In this document: positions 17,801 through 26,771 of the stretch, in pieces | Layout: every line of letters starts with the position of its first letter | Position numbering within the stretch: the stretch's first letter is position 1 | Source: an uncultured Desulfobacter sp. | GTDB lineage: Bacteria; Desulfobacterota; Desulfobacteria; Desulfobacterales; Desulfobacteraceae | Direction of reading: 5' to 3' | DNA length: 64,000 nt | NCBI GenBank assembly: GCA_963665095.1 | Contig: OY762069.1 | Span: 1,312,001-1,376,000 of the forward strand | Notes under the pieces: generated by a model | What the model was told of the DNA's origin: nothing | Database searches by the model: none | The model's input: only the letters and a program-made list of their open reading frames with translations | Program-made: the position numbers and the translations under genes

Positions 17801-20800
17801 AGTAAACCCGGAATCGGACACCAGAAGCGGATCGCAGACAACCGTGGGCAGAAACGCCGACGGCCATTGCACCCCAAAGACTTCCACCATGCAAGGAAAT
17901 GCCATGACATCTTTTCCACACCCTGAATGTAATGCCACACAGATCCAGACTGACTCAAATCAGGTTCAGACCGCCGGTCCAGCAACCAACCCGGAACTGC
18001 TCATTCAGGGCCTTTCAGCCATTCAACAGCTCCAGGCCCAGACCGCCCGGGCCCATGAAAAATTTCTGGAAACCCAGGCTGAAGCCAGCAGAACTTTAGC
18101 GGCACTCATGGCACAGACACGGGGGCAGTACCCTTTACAGGCTCCAGGGTACAGTCAGGCAGGTTTTTCCAGTCAGCACCCTGCCCGGGTGGACGGATCC
18201 TATGCCCAGCCTTATCCGCAACCCCTTGATACGACCCGGACGGTTGCGCAGCCTTCTTACATCCAGACAGTATCCACGCCGCCTCAGACACCCATGCCTC
18301 ACCCGGCAGAAACGGCAGCTGCCAGCCGGCCATCTGTATCAGATTCCTTAAAGAGAGCCACCGCTGAAGAATCCTCCACCTCAGGTAATGATACGGTCCC
18401 TGAAATCCAGAAGATTTTGTTTGAAACGGTGAGCCGCCTGACAGGCTTTCCCGTTGAGATGCTGGAATCCCACATGGATATAGAATCAGACCTCGGCATT
18501 GACTCCATTAAAAAAGTGGAAATTATTTCAGAGCTGGAAAAGGCGTTCCCTGACAGTAAAAACCTTTCAGCCGAGAGTTTAAGCACTGTTAGAACCCTTG
18601 CTGATATCTGCAGTGCGGTAACTGATGATAGCAGTGATACAGGCCCGGTCCAGACCCGGCAACTGTTAGAGCCTCAAAACTCAGCAAGCCAGATCCCTAC
18701 AGAATCAGCCGTTAACGCAAACAGTGACACCCTTGGTATACTCATAAATATTATCAGTGAACTGACAGGTTTCCCCAAAGAGATGCTGGAGCCTGAAATG
18801 GATCTGGAATCAGATCTTGGCATCGACTCGATCAAGCGGGTGGAAATCCTGTCGCGTCTTGAACAGGAGCAGCCGGAATCACGCGCCATGTCCCCGGATG
18901 ACATGGGAAGTTTAAAAACCATCGGAGACATTGTCCTCCATCTTAATGCTGATAAAAAACCGGTTTCCACTGAAACCGGCAAAAAAAAAACTGCGCATGA
19001 CGCCCTGACCCCGGCAGCGGACCTGGATAAAGAGTTAATTCCCTCCAAGCCCCTGGTTCGCCAGGAAGTGGCATTAACTGTTTATCCCACCCACCAGGTA
19101 CGTTTTTACAACGGGGCGCGGATTCAAATACCATCAGATAAAACCGTCTATCTTACCCGTGACAGTTCAGGCATTGCCGGGGTGTTTGAGCAGGAGTTCA
19201 AAAAACTTGGCATTAAGACCCGGATCATTGAACCGGACCCGGACAAACTTTCAGACATTTCAAATGCAGCCGGCCTGGTACTCATTCCAGATACATTTGC
19301 CTCCCCTGAAGATAAGGCAGCCGGACACTTCCTGTTTACATCATTTTGTCTTGCCGCAAAATTTGGCGACGCGCTTAAAACCAATGCCAGAACAGGTGAC
19401 GGTTTTATGGCCTGTATCAGTTTTCTTGGCGGCAGTTTTGGTTTCAAAGGGATAACAAAGGGGCTCAGCCCTATATACGGCGGCATTGCCGGACTGGCTA
19501 AAACTGCGGCCCTTGAATGGCGGCCAGTGCTGTGCAGGGCCCTTGATCTTCCCTTTGACAGAGATGCGGTCAAAGAAAATGCTGAGGCAGCCGTGGCACT
19601 GATGCTGACCCGGGGGGCAGTGGAAATGGGGCTTTTCGGCGAACAATGTTGCATTCCTGAGCTGTCGGCCAGGCAGATCTGCCCAACAAACGCCGTTGAC
19701 CTTGATGATTCTGATGTAGTGCTTATCTCAGGCGGAGCCAAGGGGGTTACCGCCGAATGTGCCCTGGCCTTAGCCAAGGCCGCTTCCTCTAAAATTGCCC
19801 TGTTTGGCCGTTCCCGGCCCCCATTTGAAGAACCCGCATGGATTGCCGGAATTACGGATCCGGCAGAGATGAAGAAAGCCATTTTTGCCAACGCATTTAA
19901 AAATGAAAAACCAAATCCGGCCCGGGTTGAAGCTCAATACAGATCTTTTATATCAAACCGGGACATTAAGATGAACCTGGACAGGATAGGGACCTGGGCC
20001 CGTGAGGTCCGGTATTACTGCGTGGACATTCAGAAAAAGGCCATAGTTAAACAGGCCATAGCCCAGGTGTCTGGTGAACTTGGCACCATTTCAGCCCTGA
20101 TTCATGGTGCAGGAGTCCTTGAAGATAAGCTTATATGCGAAAAATCACCTGAACAGTTCACACGGGTATTTGACACAAAGGTCAAGGGGCTGTCTAACCT
20201 TCTTTCCGGCATTGATGAAACCTGTTTGAAACACCTTGTTCTTTTTTCATCCGTGGCTGCCCGATTCGGCAATACCGGCCAGTGTGATTACGCCATGGCC
20301 AATGAAGTGTTGAACAAAATAGCCCAGACCATATCAACTGGCAAGACTACCTGTAAAACCATATCGATAAACTGGGGCCCCTGGGACGGAGGCATGGTCA
20401 CAGATGCGCTGAAACGGGAATTTGAGAAACGTGGAATAGATTTGATCCCCATTGACCAGGGAGCTTCTCAGATGGTTATGGAAATGGCAAATCCGGATCA
20501 GACCTGTGTTGAAGTGGTCATCGGGGGAACCATCTCTTCAAGCCTTGAAAAAAAATCCCAGACAATGAGCAAAGCGTTGACCCAGAGTTTTGGTACGCGT
20601 CAAAGCCCAGTGGTTAATGACCACATGATAGACAAAACACCAGTGGTCCCCTTTGCCCTTATGGTGGACCTTCTGGCCTGCGGTGCCGAACAAAACAATC
20701 CCGGCCTTAAATTTGCCGGAATGGACAATGTCCGTCTGCTTAAAGGGATTATACCCGACAAGAAACCAGTGGATGTCCAGGTAGATATTGGAAAGTGCAA

Positions 20801-22592
20801 AACCCAGGATAACCAGCTGTTTGTGCCGGCAACCTTAAGTTCTACCGGTTCCAAAGATTCCCAGATTCTTCATGCCAACGCCAGTGTATTGCTCGCAGAC
20901 AGCCTGCCAGCCCCTCCTGTGTTGTCCAAAGCCGCTTTTATGGGGCTGTCCCCCTGGGATATCACCGTAAAGCAGGCATACGAGAAGATTCTTTTCCATG
21001 AAGGCGAGCTTCAGTGCATATCAGAAATTTGCGGGATTTCCTCCAAAGGCATTGAAGTTACAACCACCACAGCGCCTGATATCTGTGAATGGTACGAAAC
21101 GCCCCATGCCCGTCAATGGTGCATGGATCCCATGGTGCTGGATGCGGCATTTCAGGCAGCTATTTTATGGACCTATCACCAATGCGGCCAGGCTTGTCTG
21201 CCTGCAAGTTTTATCAATTTAAGAGTGTACCGCACTTTTCCCAAACAGCCCGGCCAGGCGGTCAGAATTTTGTTTACCGTCAACCATCAGAACCAGCACA
21301 AAATACAAGGGTATTTTACGTTTCTGGATGAATCCGGCACAGTCCTGGCCAGTATTATGGGATTTGAGGCAGTAACAGATCCGGGTCTGCTTGACAAATT
21401 CAGGGCCCGGCCCCTGTTTGACCGGGATAAAATTATTGCCTTTGCCCAGGGAAACCCGTCTGACGCATTTGGCGCTCCCTATAAAATTTTTGATAGTGAA
21501 CGGGAAATTGCCCGTCTGCCAAGACCACCCTACTTTTTTATGGATGCCGTGATCAAAGCGGATCATCCAGCCTGGCAGACCGCTCCCGGTGGATGGATAG
21601 AGTCATCATTTAATATAGATGAAAATCAATGGTATTTTGCAGCCAACCACAGCCACACCATGCCCTTTTGCATTCTTCTTGAGATTGCACTTCAGCCCTG
21701 CGGATGGCTCGCAGCCTATGGCGGGGCGGCCCTGCTGTGCGATGACCGGCTGCATTTCAGAAATCTGGGAGGAAAAGCCATTCTTTTTCAGAACCTTACC
21801 CGGAATTCCGGAAAAGTCATGGTGCGGGTTAAAATGACCGATGTTTCCAGAGCCGGTGGTATGATCATTGAAAATTTTGAGATGGAGGTGTTGTGCCGGG
21901 GCCGGGAAATATATAAAGGCACAACCAATTTTGGCTTTTTTACCAGCAATGCCCTGGCCAATCAGGTGGGGATACGCCACCCGGAAGCCTACCAGGTACT
22001 TGATGAAAACCCGGATGGATCCGTGATTCGATTTGAAGACCATGCGCCTTTCACGCCTGAAGATGTAACAACAGGCCCCAATACCGGTATGCCGGCCAAA
22101 TCGCTGAGAATGATCGATGAAATTACCCATCTGGATTTACATGGCGGTATCCACAACAAGGGCTGTATCCAGGGAATTAAGCAAGTGGATCCAGAAGAGT
22201 GGTTTTTTAAAGCGCATTTTTATCAGGATCCTGTATGTCCTGGATCCTTAGGGGTGGAATCCTTTCTTCAGCTGATCAGATTTTTCCTCTTGAAAAAATA
22301 CAGGCTTTCCCCTGATCAATATCTGCCGGTCATGACGGAAAATAGTGCTCATGAATGGACGTACAGAGGGCAGGTGATCCCTTCCAATTCAACCATCGTT
22401 GTTCAGGCCCACATAAAGCAAGACCGGATGGATAATACCGGTTGCACAGCAACGGCTGACGGCACCCTGTGCGTGGACGGCATCTGCATTTATGAAATGA
22501 AAGATTTCAGTATGACGCTGCAGGCCATTCAAACTGAACAGACACCATTATCTGACAAAGCTGATAAAATCACAGCCACCCCCGCAAAATAA
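14865..22592 (+). CDS. PfaA-like iterative type I PKS/FAS: KS-AT-ACP-ACP-KR-DH(PKS)-FabA-type double hotdog
   Basis: DAACASS, HGTGT, GHSYGE, 2x LGIDSIK, GGAKGVT/YAMANE, DHMIDKTPVVP, WFFKAHFYQDPVCPGSLG. Confidence 0.93.
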   Translation: MISETTAETDILRTRQVPVAIIGMGCIFPESRNLKEFWHLLFNGIDAVSAIPETSHWQVKDYFDKDPACPDHTYCTRGGFIPDIAFDPLSYGIPPNNITATDTSQLLGLEVVRMALADAGYPVGHAHLKEKRVNVILGVTGTQELVIPLGARLGHPFWKRALDAAGVDQARKEAVLKHIGDSYVSWQENSFPGLLGNVVAGRIANRLDLSGTNTVCDAACASSLSAIHTAIMELETGCCDMSITGGVDTLNDIFMHMCFSKTGVLSHTSDARPFSKDADGTVLGEGIGMLVLKRLDDAQRDNDRIYAVIKGMGTASDGRTSAVYAPEAKGQVKALADAYGKAGFDPGTVGLIEAHGTGTRVGDKVEFTALKQFFKANPTASAAIGSVKSMIGHAKAAAGAAGIIKAALALHHKVLPPTLKAKTPDPDLDIQNSPFYLNQTSRPWTGKESGCSPRRSGVSAFGFGGSNFHAVLEEYLPEKEHVSWDGAVQIIAVSAENRQQMAEKLERISKEIKAHDTRDRAAFFQAVSWQACESRKIFSVSDNLRLLILINTPDTTLDLIEQALQVISEKSQAKPPIFFGAGTSAGKLAFIYPGQGSQYTGMASRIMSQFPESLQTLSCADACVKLTKDGKDDALLSTYIYPLPEYAVDKTTAETALRQTRIAQPAIGAVSLAMTRILSRFKVVPDMACGHSYGELCALYAAGWIDEQTCLELSAARGQFMAKAGEGNDDPGSMLAVKAGIDRIEALIEEEGLDLVLANKNSPSQGVLSGETALILKAEKLCRLKKMRAVKLPVAAAFHSRLVAQAAAPFKAMTAGAAMTPGKIIVLSNTTGQPYPEDVTKARELLGQQLMHPVDFIGNIQYMHSQGVDTFVEVGPKTVLSGLVRAILKGKDIQTLALDTSAGKTSGIQDLGHCLCAIAAKGFDIDLSAWEEDAPPPTPKKFTIMLNGANPKPDLPETSPPETPDKKADLLRAKDHKPEVNPESDTRSGSQTTVGRNADGHCTPKTSTMQGNAMTSFPHPECNATQIQTDSNQVQTAGPATNPELLIQGLSAIQQLQAQTARAHEKFLETQAEASRTLAALMAQTRGQYPLQAPGYSQAGFSSQHPARVDGSYAQPYPQPLDTTRTVAQPSYIQTVSTPPQTPMPHPAETAAASRPSVSDSLKRATAEESSTSGNDTVPEIQKILFETVSRLTGFPVEMLESHMDIESDLGIDSIKKVEIISELEKAFPDSKNLSAESLSTVRTLADICSAVTDDSSDTGPVQTRQLLEPQNSASQIPTESAVNANSDTLGILINIISELTGFPKEMLEPEMDLESDLGIDSIKRVEILSRLEQEQPESRAMSPDDMGSLKTIGDIVLHLNADKKPVSTETGKKKTAHDALTPAADLDKELIPSKPLVRQEVALTVYPTHQVRFYNGARIQIPSDKTVYLTRDSSGIAGVFEQEFKKLGIKTRIIEPDPDKLSDISNAAGLVLIPDTFASPEDKAAGHFLFTSFCLAAKFGDALKTNARTGDGFMACISFLGGSFGFKGITKGLSPIYGGIAGLAKTAALEWRPVLCRALDLPFDRDAVKENAEAAVALMLTRGAVEMGLFGEQCCIPELSARQICPTNAVDLDDSDVVLISGGAKGVTAECALALAKAASSKIALFGRSRPPFEEPAWIAGITDPAEMKKAIFANAFKNEKPNPARVEAQYRSFISNRDIKMNLDRIGTWAREVRYYCVDIQKKAIVKQAIAQVSGELGTISALIHGAGVLEDKLICEKSPEQFTRVFDTKVKGLSNLLSGIDETCLKHLVLFSSVAARFGNTGQCDYAMANEVLNKIAQTISTGKTTCKTISINWGPWDGGMVTDALKREFEKRGIDLIPIDQGASQMVMEMANPDQTCVEVVIGGTISSSLEKKSQTMSKALTQSFGTRQSPVVNDHMIDKTPVVPFALMVDLLACGAEQNNPGLKFAGMDNVRLLKGIIPDKKPVDVQVDIGKCKTQDNQLFVPATLSSTGSKDSQILHANASVLLADSLPAPPVLSKAAFMGLSPWDITVKQAYEKILFHEGELQCISEICGISSKGIEVTTTTAPDICEWYETPHARQWCMDPMVLDAAFQAAILWTYHQCGQACLPASFINLRVYRTFPKQPGQAVRILFTVNHQNQHKIQGYFTFLDESGTVLASIMGFEAVTDPGLLDKFRARPLFDRDKIIAFAQGNPSDAFGAPYKIFDSEREIARLPRPPYFFMDAVIKADHPAWQTAPGGWIESSFNIDENQWYFAANHSHTMPFCILLEIALQPCGWLAAYGGAALLCDDRLHFRNLGGKAILFQNLTRNSGKVMVRVKMTDVSRAGGMIIENFEMEVLCRGREIYKGTTNFGFFTSNALANQVGIRHPEAYQVLDENPDGSVIRFEDHAPFTPEDVTTGPNTGMPAKSLRMIDEITHLDLHGGIHNKGCIQGIKQVDPEEWFFKAHFYQDPVCPGSLGVESFLQLIRFFLLKKYRLSPDQYLPVMTENSAHEWTYRGQVIPSNSTIVVQAHIKQDRMDNTGCTATADGTLCVDGICIYEMKDFSMTLQAIQTEQTPLSDKADKITATPAK

Positions 22593-23378
22593 ATGGCATC
22601 CCATATCCGGAACACCATGAAAACAAAAGGAATCATATATGTCTGCTTTGGCCGGGAATTTGATGAGAGTCTGGCCGGTTTGATGCGAGTTAACCGCAGA
22701 TCAACCGGCTTACCAGTCACAGTGATGACCAACCAGAAAGAACCGTCACCAATCTGGAAAGAACTCCGTGACATCCGCTTTATCTATTTTGATCTGCCGC
22801 AAAAAGATAACCGTCAGGTAAAGACCAGCGCAATAAACTATTCTCCCTATGATCAGACACTGCTTTTAGATGCGGATACAGTGATTCAAAGAAAAGGGGC
22901 CAGGGATATTTTTCTTGATCTTGACCATGCAGACATCATTGTCAGTCCGGAATTCACCATACAATCAGGGGAGTTAACCTATAATATATACAAACGCACC
23001 ATTGAGAAGACAAAAACAAAACTGCCTCTGACTGTGGCCAGTGGCGGATTCCTGGTTTTCAACAAAAATGAAAGGGTTAACCATTTCTTTGAGTTATGGC
23101 ACAGCTACTGGCAGCGTATGGGTTCCGGCAGGGAAATGCCATCCCTGGCCTGTGCCTTGAAAAATTCCAGTGCCCATGTCGTCTATAAATCCGGTATTTA
23201 CTCCCAGCGTAAAAGAGATCCCAACTGCATAATCCAGCACAACTGGAACTGGAGAACAGATTTCTGGTCCTCTTTGCGAAGCAATATATTTAAAAAATAT
23301 GGTGTCCGGAACCCAAACTCTGACAAATCATTTGACGTCAATGAAAATGAGGACTGGAAAATGGTGAAATGCGATTGA
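22593..23378 (+). CDS. Putative GT-A fold glycosyltransferase
   Basis: KGIIYV N-terminus, SPYDQTLLLDADT (DxD), SGGFLVF; abuts the PKS stop (alternative start 22617). Confidence 0.7.
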   Translation: MASHIRNTMKTKGIIYVCFGREFDESLAGLMRVNRRSTGLPVTVMTNQKEPSPIWKELRDIRFIYFDLPQKDNRQVKTSAINYSPYDQTLLLDADTVIQRKGARDIFLDLDHADIIVSPEFTIQSGELTYNIYKRTIEKTKTKLPLTVASGGFLVFNKNERVNHFFELWHSYWQRMGSGREMPSLACALKNSSAHVVYKSGIYSQRKRDPNCIIQHNWNWRTDFWSSLRSNIFKKYGVRNPNSDKSFDVNENEDWKMVKCD

Positions 23379-23478
23379 TGGGGAAATGATAGATGCCCGC
23401 CGAATTCACCCGGGACAATGCTGCCAAACATCCTGACTCGGCCAGACGCTTGACCCGATTAGCTCACTTTTTAGAAAT

Positions 23479-24861
23479 TCAGGTGAAAATTTTTCCGGGA
23501 TTTAAAATATTCTTGGGATCAAATACTTTTTTAATGCCTTTCATGAGCGCCATTTCAGCAGCAGAAACCTCTTTTGTCAGGTAAGGCATCTTGGTAATGC
23601 CAACCCCATGCTCTCCGGTGATGGTGCCGCCGAGCCTTAAAGCGGCATCAAACAGTTTATCCACAGCCCTATTTGCCTTCTCAGCCTGAAATTTATCTGT
23701 TTTGTCGTACATAATATTGCAATGGATGTTACCGTCCCCGGCATGGCCAAATGCCACCACAGTCAGGCCGGATTCCCTCTGGATCTTTTCAACAGCTTCC
23801 ACCATGCGGGCAATCTTTGAAATGGGCACCACAATATCTTCATTAATTTTGTTGGGAGCTATTTTATAAAGGACAGGAGATAAAGATTTTCTGGCCTGCC
23901 ACAGCTCTTTTGCCTCGTCATCCGTGGATGCGGTAATGACGTCCAACGCCCCGTGTTCAAGACAGAATTGCCGGATCACATCGGCATCTTCATTTACCAG
24001 GGCATTGGAATGTCCGTCCAGTTCCAGAATAAGCATGGCCCGGGTATGTTCCGGCAGCTGGAATGCAAGCCGGTCTTTCACCAGCGACAACGAGGCGTTA
24101 TCCAGATATTCCACACACCGTGGAACCGCTGTCTGTTTGACAATATCAGATACGGCCTGTGCGGCTTGTTCTGTGCTGCGGAAAAAAACCGCCATGGTTT
24201 TCACAGCACAGGGCTTTGGCAACAGGCGGACCACAATCCGGGTCACAAAGGCCAGAGTGCCTTCAGAGCCCACAATGAGGCGGGTCAGATCATATCCGGC
24301 CACACCCTTGGCCGTAATCACCCCTGTTTTAATGATGTCGCCGTTGGGGAGCACAGCCCCCAAGCCCAGGACATAATCCCTTGTTACCCCGTACTTTACA
24401 GCCTTTGGGCCCCCGGCACACTCCGCCACATTCCCGCCCATGGTACACACGGCGGATGAGGCCGGATCCGGCGGATAAAACAGGCCCCTGGCCTCCACGG
24501 CATCCTGGAGATCTTTTACAATCACACCAGGTTCCACCTGGGCAGTAAAATTGCGGTCATCAATCTCTAAAATTTTGTTCAGCCGGCTGGTGGCAATGAC
24601 AACCCCCCCCTGGACCGGAACAGCGCCGCCTGTCATACCGGATCCGCTGCCCCTTGGAACGACGGGAAACTCAAAGGCAGTGGCAAGCTTCAAAATCTGG
24701 GAAACCTGGGCTTCTGTGTCTGGAAACACAACCGCATCAGGTAAAAAAGATTTGCCTGTGGCATCATAGGAATAAAGCAGTCGTTCTTCTTTTCCAGTGC
24801 TTAAATTCTCTTTTCCAACTATTTTTTCAAGGGGGTCTAATTGGTTTGCCGTAAGCGCCAT
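23479..24861 (-). CDS. glcD: FAD-linked oxidase, GlcD/D-lactate dehydrogenase family
   Basis: PRGSGSGMTGG, YPPDPAS, GSEGTL, GHAGDGNIH, TGEHGVG, DPKNILNPGK. Confidence 0.88.
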   Translation of the reverse strand: MALTANQLDPLEKIVGKENLSTGKEERLLYSYDATGKSFLPDAVVFPDTEAQVSQILKLATAFEFPVVPRGSGSGMTGGAVPVQGGVVIATSRLNKILEIDDRNFTAQVEPGVIVKDLQDAVEARGLFYPPDPASSAVCTMGGNVAECAGGPKAVKYGVTRDYVLGLGAVLPNGDIIKTGVITAKGVAGYDLTRLIVGSEGTLAFVTRIVVRLLPKPCAVKTMAVFFRSTEQAAQAVSDIVKQTAVPRCVEYLDNASLSLVKDRLAFQLPEHTRAMLILELDGHSNALVNEDADVIRQFCLEHGALDVITASTDDEAKELWQARKSLSPVLYKIAPNKINEDIVVPISKIARMVEAVEKIQRESGLTVVAFGHAGDGNIHCNIMYDKTDKFQAEKANRAVDKLFDAALRLGGTITGEHGVGITKMPYLTKEVSAAEMALMKGIKKVFDPKNILNPGKIFT

Positions 24862-26271
24862 TTAAAATTTGCCTGATTCAAGTTTGTCCGACAGATACTT
24901 AATCTGTTCGTACGTCTGCCCTCTTTGTTTTATCTCTTTTTCAATCGCATTGACCGAATAGATGGCTGTGGCGTGATACCGCTGGAAACTGGCACCAATC
25001 TTTTTTATGGGCTGGTCAGTGTAGCGTTTTGAAAGAAACATGGCCACCTGACGGGGTTTGACAATATGCTGCTTTCTGGATTTGGACACCAGCTGCTGCT
25101 CAGAAACATCATATTGTTCACACACCAGCTTTTTAATCAGGTCAATGGTGATCTGCTGCCGGGTCCGGATCATATTTTTCAAGACACTTCTGGCAAGCTC
25201 AATATCTATTTTACGGTGCATCAGCTGGCCTTTGGTAACCACACCTAAAAGCGCACTTTCAAGCTGGCGGACATCATCACATGCCTCCTGGGCTATATAT
25301 TCGGTTACCGGCATGGGTAGAATGCATTTCATGGCCCTGGATTTTTTATTGAGTATCTTCACCCGTGTACCAAAGTCAGGAGCCTTGATCTCCGTCACAA
25401 TGCCCATATTCAGCCGGGACTTAAGACTGTCATTTAATTTGGGAATTTCATCCGGTCTTTCCGAGCCTGAAAAAATTATTTTTTTGTCTGCGTCAATCAG
25501 ATAGTCCAGTGTCATGGCAAGCTCTTTCTGGGTGGCGGTTTTCCCGGTAAGAAAATGGACATCTTCAAGAATCAGTACATCACATTTACGGCGGTATTTT
25601 TCCTTAAACTGGTCAATCTGGTTATTTCTTAAAGAAAATATCATTTCATTGGTAAAATCCTCGGCAGTCACATACAGCACACCCTGGGCCATGCCGTTGT
25701 CAATGATGTGATGGCCAACAGCCTGGGACAGATGGCTTTTTCCCAAACCGGTTTTACCTAAAAGAAACAGGACGCCTGCCCCGTTAAGTGTACCCTGGGC
25801 AAGACATAAGGAAGCTGTATAGGCAAAGCTGGAATTATCCCCGACAACAAAGTCATCAAAGGTAAAACTTTTTTTAAGCATCCTGCCGCAGTTAAAGGCT
25901 GGTGTCATACCCGGCAATGCCGGTTGCATCTGGGCTGGAACACAGTTAGCGGCAGGGATGGCGGGAATCACACCATGCAGGTCAATCTCTGTTCCTGCAG
26001 AACCTGCTCCTGCTCTTTTTTTTCTGTTTTGGACTTTAAATTCAATTTTGACCTTTTGCCCAAAACGCAAAAAACCCTGCTCGAAATAACCCAAATAATT
26101 ATCCTTTAACCGTTTTACATAAAAATCATTAGGTGCAGATAAAACTACACAGCCGGGCTCGTGAGAAGATAATGATACCGGTTCAATCCACATCCGATAA
26201 CAATGATCAGGAACAGATTCTTTGATATGTAATTTGATTTCTTTCCAGAATGATTCCATTCGGCAATACAT
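24862..26271 (-). CDS. dnaA: DnaA-family replication initiator (divergent paralogue)
   Basis: Domain I WIEP, FTFDDFVVGDN, Walker A GKTGLGKSHL, LKSRL, VRQLES, domain IV PRQVAMFLS; start 26271 or 26259. Confidence 0.9.
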   Translation of the reverse strand: MYCRMESFWKEIKLHIKESVPDHCYRMWIEPVSLSSHEPGCVVLSAPNDFYVKRLKDNYLGYFEQGFLRFGQKVKIEFKVQNRKKRAGAGSAGTEIDLHGVIPAIPAANCVPAQMQPALPGMTPAFNCGRMLKKSFTFDDFVVGDNSSFAYTASLCLAQGTLNGAGVLFLLGKTGLGKSHLSQAVGHHIIDNGMAQGVLYVTAEDFTNEMIFSLRNNQIDQFKEKYRRKCDVLILEDVHFLTGKTATQKELAMTLDYLIDADKKIIFSGSERPDEIPKLNDSLKSRLNMGIVTEIKAPDFGTRVKILNKKSRAMKCILPMPVTEYIAQEACDDVRQLESALLGVVTKGQLMHRKIDIELARSVLKNMIRTRQQITIDLIKKLVCEQYDVSEQQLVSKSRKQHIVKPRQVAMFLSKRYTDQPIKKIGASFQRYHATAIYSVNAIEKEIKQRGQTYEQIKYLSDKLESGKF

Positions 26272-26771
26272 AACCTTTTCTTACAACAAATAATACAGCG
26301 CAAGACTGTTCAAAGATTTAAGTTTAAAAAAGTATTAATAAAAGCAGATCATAATGATTTTTAAATTGTGGTCTATTTTTTATGTGAATCTTATTTACCG
26401 GTCAACCGGGATAAGATTCGTTAGCCCTCTGTTAGAATATGATGTGGTATATTTTTTCAATATATTGTTTTTATTATAAATATATTGTGAAACAAAGATT
26501 TTTTCTCCTGATTACAATAAGTTCGCCAAAGGCCTATTTTAACAGGAAATATTTAAAAAGTTGAATTTTCTGTCATAAAAGCATATTTTTTTTTCTTCGA
26601 TTTTCTGCATTTTACTTTGATTTCCGTCAAATTAAACAAAAAGAATCAAAAATTGCTAACCCTTAAATTTACAAGGGTTTCACAATTTCGCCCGGGAATT
26701 GTATTTACACCCTGTTTCGGCAATAGTATATTTTTATTTTTTAACAGCTGAATGAAAGAAGCAATAAACTA

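Noticed and set aside
20548..20555. Second A-run (A8) at the KR/DH boundary of the synthase
   Set aside because: Shorter than typical slippage tracts and no immediate -1 frame stop; likely ordinary Lys codons
26272..26771. oriC upstream of dnaA
   Set aside because: AT-rich but no perfect DnaA boxes found and no dnaN/gyrB context
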